A DNA stretch of 64,000 nt from Blastocystis sp. ATCC 50177/Nand II (Eukaryota): positions 806,001-870,000 of the forward strand of contig JBBPEE010000035.1 in NCBI GenBank assembly GCA_039096935.1, written 5' to 3'. This document shows, one piece after another, positions 61,001-64,000 of the stretch. Position 1 is the first letter of the stretch; every line of letters begins with the position of its first letter. The notes under the pieces are model-generated. The model had not been told where the DNA came from. It did not search any database and was given only the letters and a program-made list of their open reading frames with translations. A program made the translations under genes and the position numbers.

Positions 61001-64000
61001 CGTGGAAGTGGCTCTCAGCGTGGTTCCGCGGGAACCGGTCCTCGCCTGCTCGAAGGAACAGGCGGAGGAGATCGAGTCCCGCGGGGAAGCCGCCTTTTCG
61101 GGGGAGATCTTCTTCTTCAACTCTCGGCGGGAAAACTGCATTCAGCAAATCCTGACGGTTTCCGGAGTGTACTATATCGAGCACATTTCCGTCTCCTGTA
61201 AGACGACCGATTTCGGGTACATTTTCGTCAACAGCTCACGACCGCGTCGTCTCGACATTCGCATCACCAATTTGTCGCGCAACAAGGTGGACATCGACCT
61301 GTCGAAACTCCCGGTGGGGTTCGTTCCCGCGGTTTTCTACATCTTTTCGCAGAAGCACGCGAATCAGAACATGAAGCGAAACACCATTGACCGGACGAAA
61401 TCTCCCTCTTTCCCGATCGACGAGGGGTGCTACGCGATTCTGACGGTGGAGCTGGACATGAAGAAGGTCAACTACCAAAATGGGAAGAATTTCTGGCAGC
61501 TGGTGTTCTCGACGAAGTGCAATCCCACGGAGGAGTGTGTGGTGGATTTGCAAGCGACCGTGTTCACGGACGCCATTTGCTGTCGTGTGAAGGACGCCGT
61601 GGTGGAGGAGTCCCTGTTGTGGCAGGGCATTCCCTTCCCGTCACTGCAGGATTCTGTGCTGGAGATGGAGGTGTGTAACCAGTGCCCGCTGTCTGTCCGA
61701 ATTCAGCCCATTTTCTGTCAGGAGTGGCTTCAGCAGGCGTTGAGCGTCTCCGTAACGCCCACTCTTTTTTCCCTCCAACAGGGCAAGAAGATGACGCTTC
61801 GTCTCTCTCTTCACGTGATCACCATGAGCAATCTGGACCAGAAGCAGTACTGTCAAATGAACAGTTCCAGCCAGCTCGGCACTTTGCAGTTGTTCGTCGA
61901 CATCAACACCAAACAGGAGAACGGGAAAACCCGAACCATCACGGAAATCCCGTGTCTCGCCGACTTCTCGCTGCTCGGCCTCATCGAGGTGGTGCCCCCC
62001 GTTTTGAACATCATCGCCACTGTGGAACACTATTCCAAGTTGGACGAGCTGTTCGTTCCCCACTTCAATTTGCCGCCCGGCAGCTCGCAACTCTCCAAAC
62101 CTCCTTCCTCCACGGAACTGAGTCTGATGGACACCACGGCGGAACCCGACTCTTCTCTCTCCACGCCACGTGACGTGGATGAAACGGCCATCGAGGACGT
62201 GGTGGTGACGCCTCGTCTGTCGCAGAAGCAGGCGCTGTCGGATCACCTGAAGGAATCCGCTCTGCACTCTGTGATTTGCTCCGTGTCGAAGGACGCGTTT
62301 GAGTTCGAGATTCGCAATCGTTGGCGCGAGCGGCTGACAGTGACGCTGCACCGAACGCAACTGAAGCACGCGAAGCACGGCATTCTGTTCCCGGGCGAGA
62401 GCGAGCCGGTGTACTCGTCGTTCATCGAAGTCCCCGAGCGCATCGTGATCGAGCCTGAGGGCACCGTGACGGTCACAGCACGCATCATTCCCGACACTGT
62501 CGACGGCAAGGAGAAGGTGAGTGTGATGTGCGGAATTGACCGTAGCCCGAAGATGACACGGAGATGCCGACATCGCTGGTTCTTCAAACCTCCATCTGTT
62601 CCTTCTTGTCCATCAATCTTCCCATCGTTATCCACTCCTCCACCGCACGTCACCTCCTCTTCGATTCCTCCTCCTTCTCCTCTCCCCTCTCTCTCTCGCT
62701 CATCGTGCGTGGGGCCGCGGCGGTCGTGGACGGCTCCATCATTCACGTGGACATGGAGAAGCTCTCCATCCACCAGCAAAAGGAGATCCGTGTGACCGCG
62801 TCCGGACGCAACGGAGACTTCATCCACACATTCTGCGTGAGGGTTGCAATATGACTTCATTCTAGTACATGCCAGAAACCGCCCCGTTTTTGACGGTGAC
62901 GAAGGAGAAGGGATCGTTCCTTCTCCACCTGAAGTGCGATTCGGTGGGTTTCTTCTCTTCCCTTCTTCTTGTGGTTGACGAAAAGAACCACGATTTCTGC
63001 TTCATGACCGTTTCGGCCTCCGTACGGAATCTCCCGCCAATCAACCTTAGTTCATCTGCAATGTGGAGGAACTGTGTTCCGTGCCGCACGTGGCGCCTCT
63101 CCTGATTCCCGCCAACTCTCCCGCCAACTCCGATTCCCCGATTTCCCTCTCTTCCCTGTCCAGAACGGGTCAGTGGCAATGTCTACCACTCAACGAGGAT
63201 ATTCAGATCGAGGCGGACGCCTTCGACGAGGATTGCAGTGCGGAGAGTGAGGTGTTTGGTTTGACGAACCGCGGGAATATCGACTTGTCGGTGATTCTGT
63301 TCCACCTGGACCACAATCACATCTCGATTAACTTTGTGGACCTCGAGACCAATCAGAAGACGAAACTGATGTGGCCGCGGTAATTCGGCGTTACTCGTAG
63401 GGTGCTTCCCGCCAACTCCACGAAGTTCTTCTCCATCACCGTGAACGGGTTTGAGGAGGAAACGGACGAAACGGCCGCCTTGGAGGGAAATGACGGAAGC
63501 AGCAGCGATTTTGAGAACGACGCCGTTCCCGCCAAGTATTTGTGTTTCCGCCTGTTGTTCTCGAACCTGCAGGACTGCTTCATTCCCTTCTGCTTCCGCA
63601 TCAACAAGAAGCCGCAACAGTTCGACGTGGTGAACAAGGAGGGAAAATCGGTGCGAAACTCCCTCTTCGTGCTGCAGATCGAAGAAGCCTCCGGACAGTA
63701 CGCGTTCCGCGAAACGCCCACGCTGCGAGTGAGAAAGAAATCGGGGCATACCCAGTAGATTTGCAACCGTGGGGATGAGTCCATCCAAGTTCTGATCTTC
63801 AGCACCAGCTCCTATTTCAAACTGCAAGCAGAGGGCGTTTCCCTCCAACCTCACAATTCCCACCTTTCTGTTGATTCCCACCATCCTGTCAATTCCCTCC
63901 AACCTCACAACTCCCTCCAACCTCACAACTCCCTCCAACCTCACAATTCCCTCCAACCTCCCAGTTCCCTCCAACTTCACAACTCCCTCCATTCTCCTAA
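52085..64000 (+). CDS. Very large multi-exon protein with repeated Ig-like (ASH/PapD-like) modules, interrupted by two insertions; runs off the window
   Basis: Repeated (L/I/F)(D/H)FG...(I/V)xN modules (LDFGVV, FDFGGC, LDFGSV, LHFGKL, IDFGTF, TDFGYI); 1261-aa open exon; frame restored on removing both elements. Confidence 0.65.
54894..55020 (+). repeat. Coding 15-bp repeat (LTSSQ), about 8 copies
   Basis: tcttcacaactcacN units. Confidence 0.9.
56249..57483 (+). mobile_element. 1235-bp non-autonomous TIR element A (hAT-like by TSD length)
   Basis: 11-bp TIR TATGGCGACAG; 8-bp TSD GATCAGAC at 56241-56248 and 57484-57491; AT-rich, no long ORF. Confidence 0.92.
57716..58951 (-). mobile_element. 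1236-bp non-autonomous TIR element B, inverted copy of A
   Basis: Same TIR; 8-bp TSD CGTTCCCG at 57708-57715 and 58952-58959; differs from A by a 1-bp indel near 58246. Confidence 0.92.
63841..63990 (+). repeat. 18-bp tandem repeat ccctccaacctcacaa(c/t)t
   Basis: About 8 degenerate units at the end of the window. Confidence 0.85.

Noticed and set aside
1..64000. tRNA, rRNA or other ncRNA genes
   Set aside because: None recognised by eye; a covariance-model scan would be needed to exclude them

Overview
Eukaryotic, gene-dense DNA with the hallmarks of the stramenopile Blastocystis (inferred): GT-AG introns of about 30 nt and TGTTTGTT-type 3' motifs, with several genes lacking a genomic stop codon. 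The left ~33 kb is a dynamic accessory zone. It holds four paralogues of a MORN-LRR family (three with an N-terminal pseudokinase) whose C-terminal LRRs are one-repeat symmetric exons and whose LRRs carry hypervariable loops, three apparently identical 1722-bp pogo-type (DD35D) transposons with TA target duplications, a broken CACTA/EnSpm-like transposase, and decayed SF3B3 and PFAS copies. A TULIP-like/PDZ gene and mitochondrial uS15 lie among them. The right ~31 kb is mostly housekeeping genes: VPS9 GEF, TBC Rab-GAP, Stum/SPEC3, cold-shock-like, MFS, a TRF4-like pseudo-enzyme, Dbf4-like, AMMECR1, zf-HIT, UGDH, Frag1/DRAM and ArfGAP. It ends in a giant Ig/ASH-repeat-like gene interrupted by two inverted copies of a 1.2-kb non-autonomous element, each with its own 8-bp TSD. 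Multi-exon gene coordinates are approximate spans, and all family calls are motif recognition by eye, not database searches.
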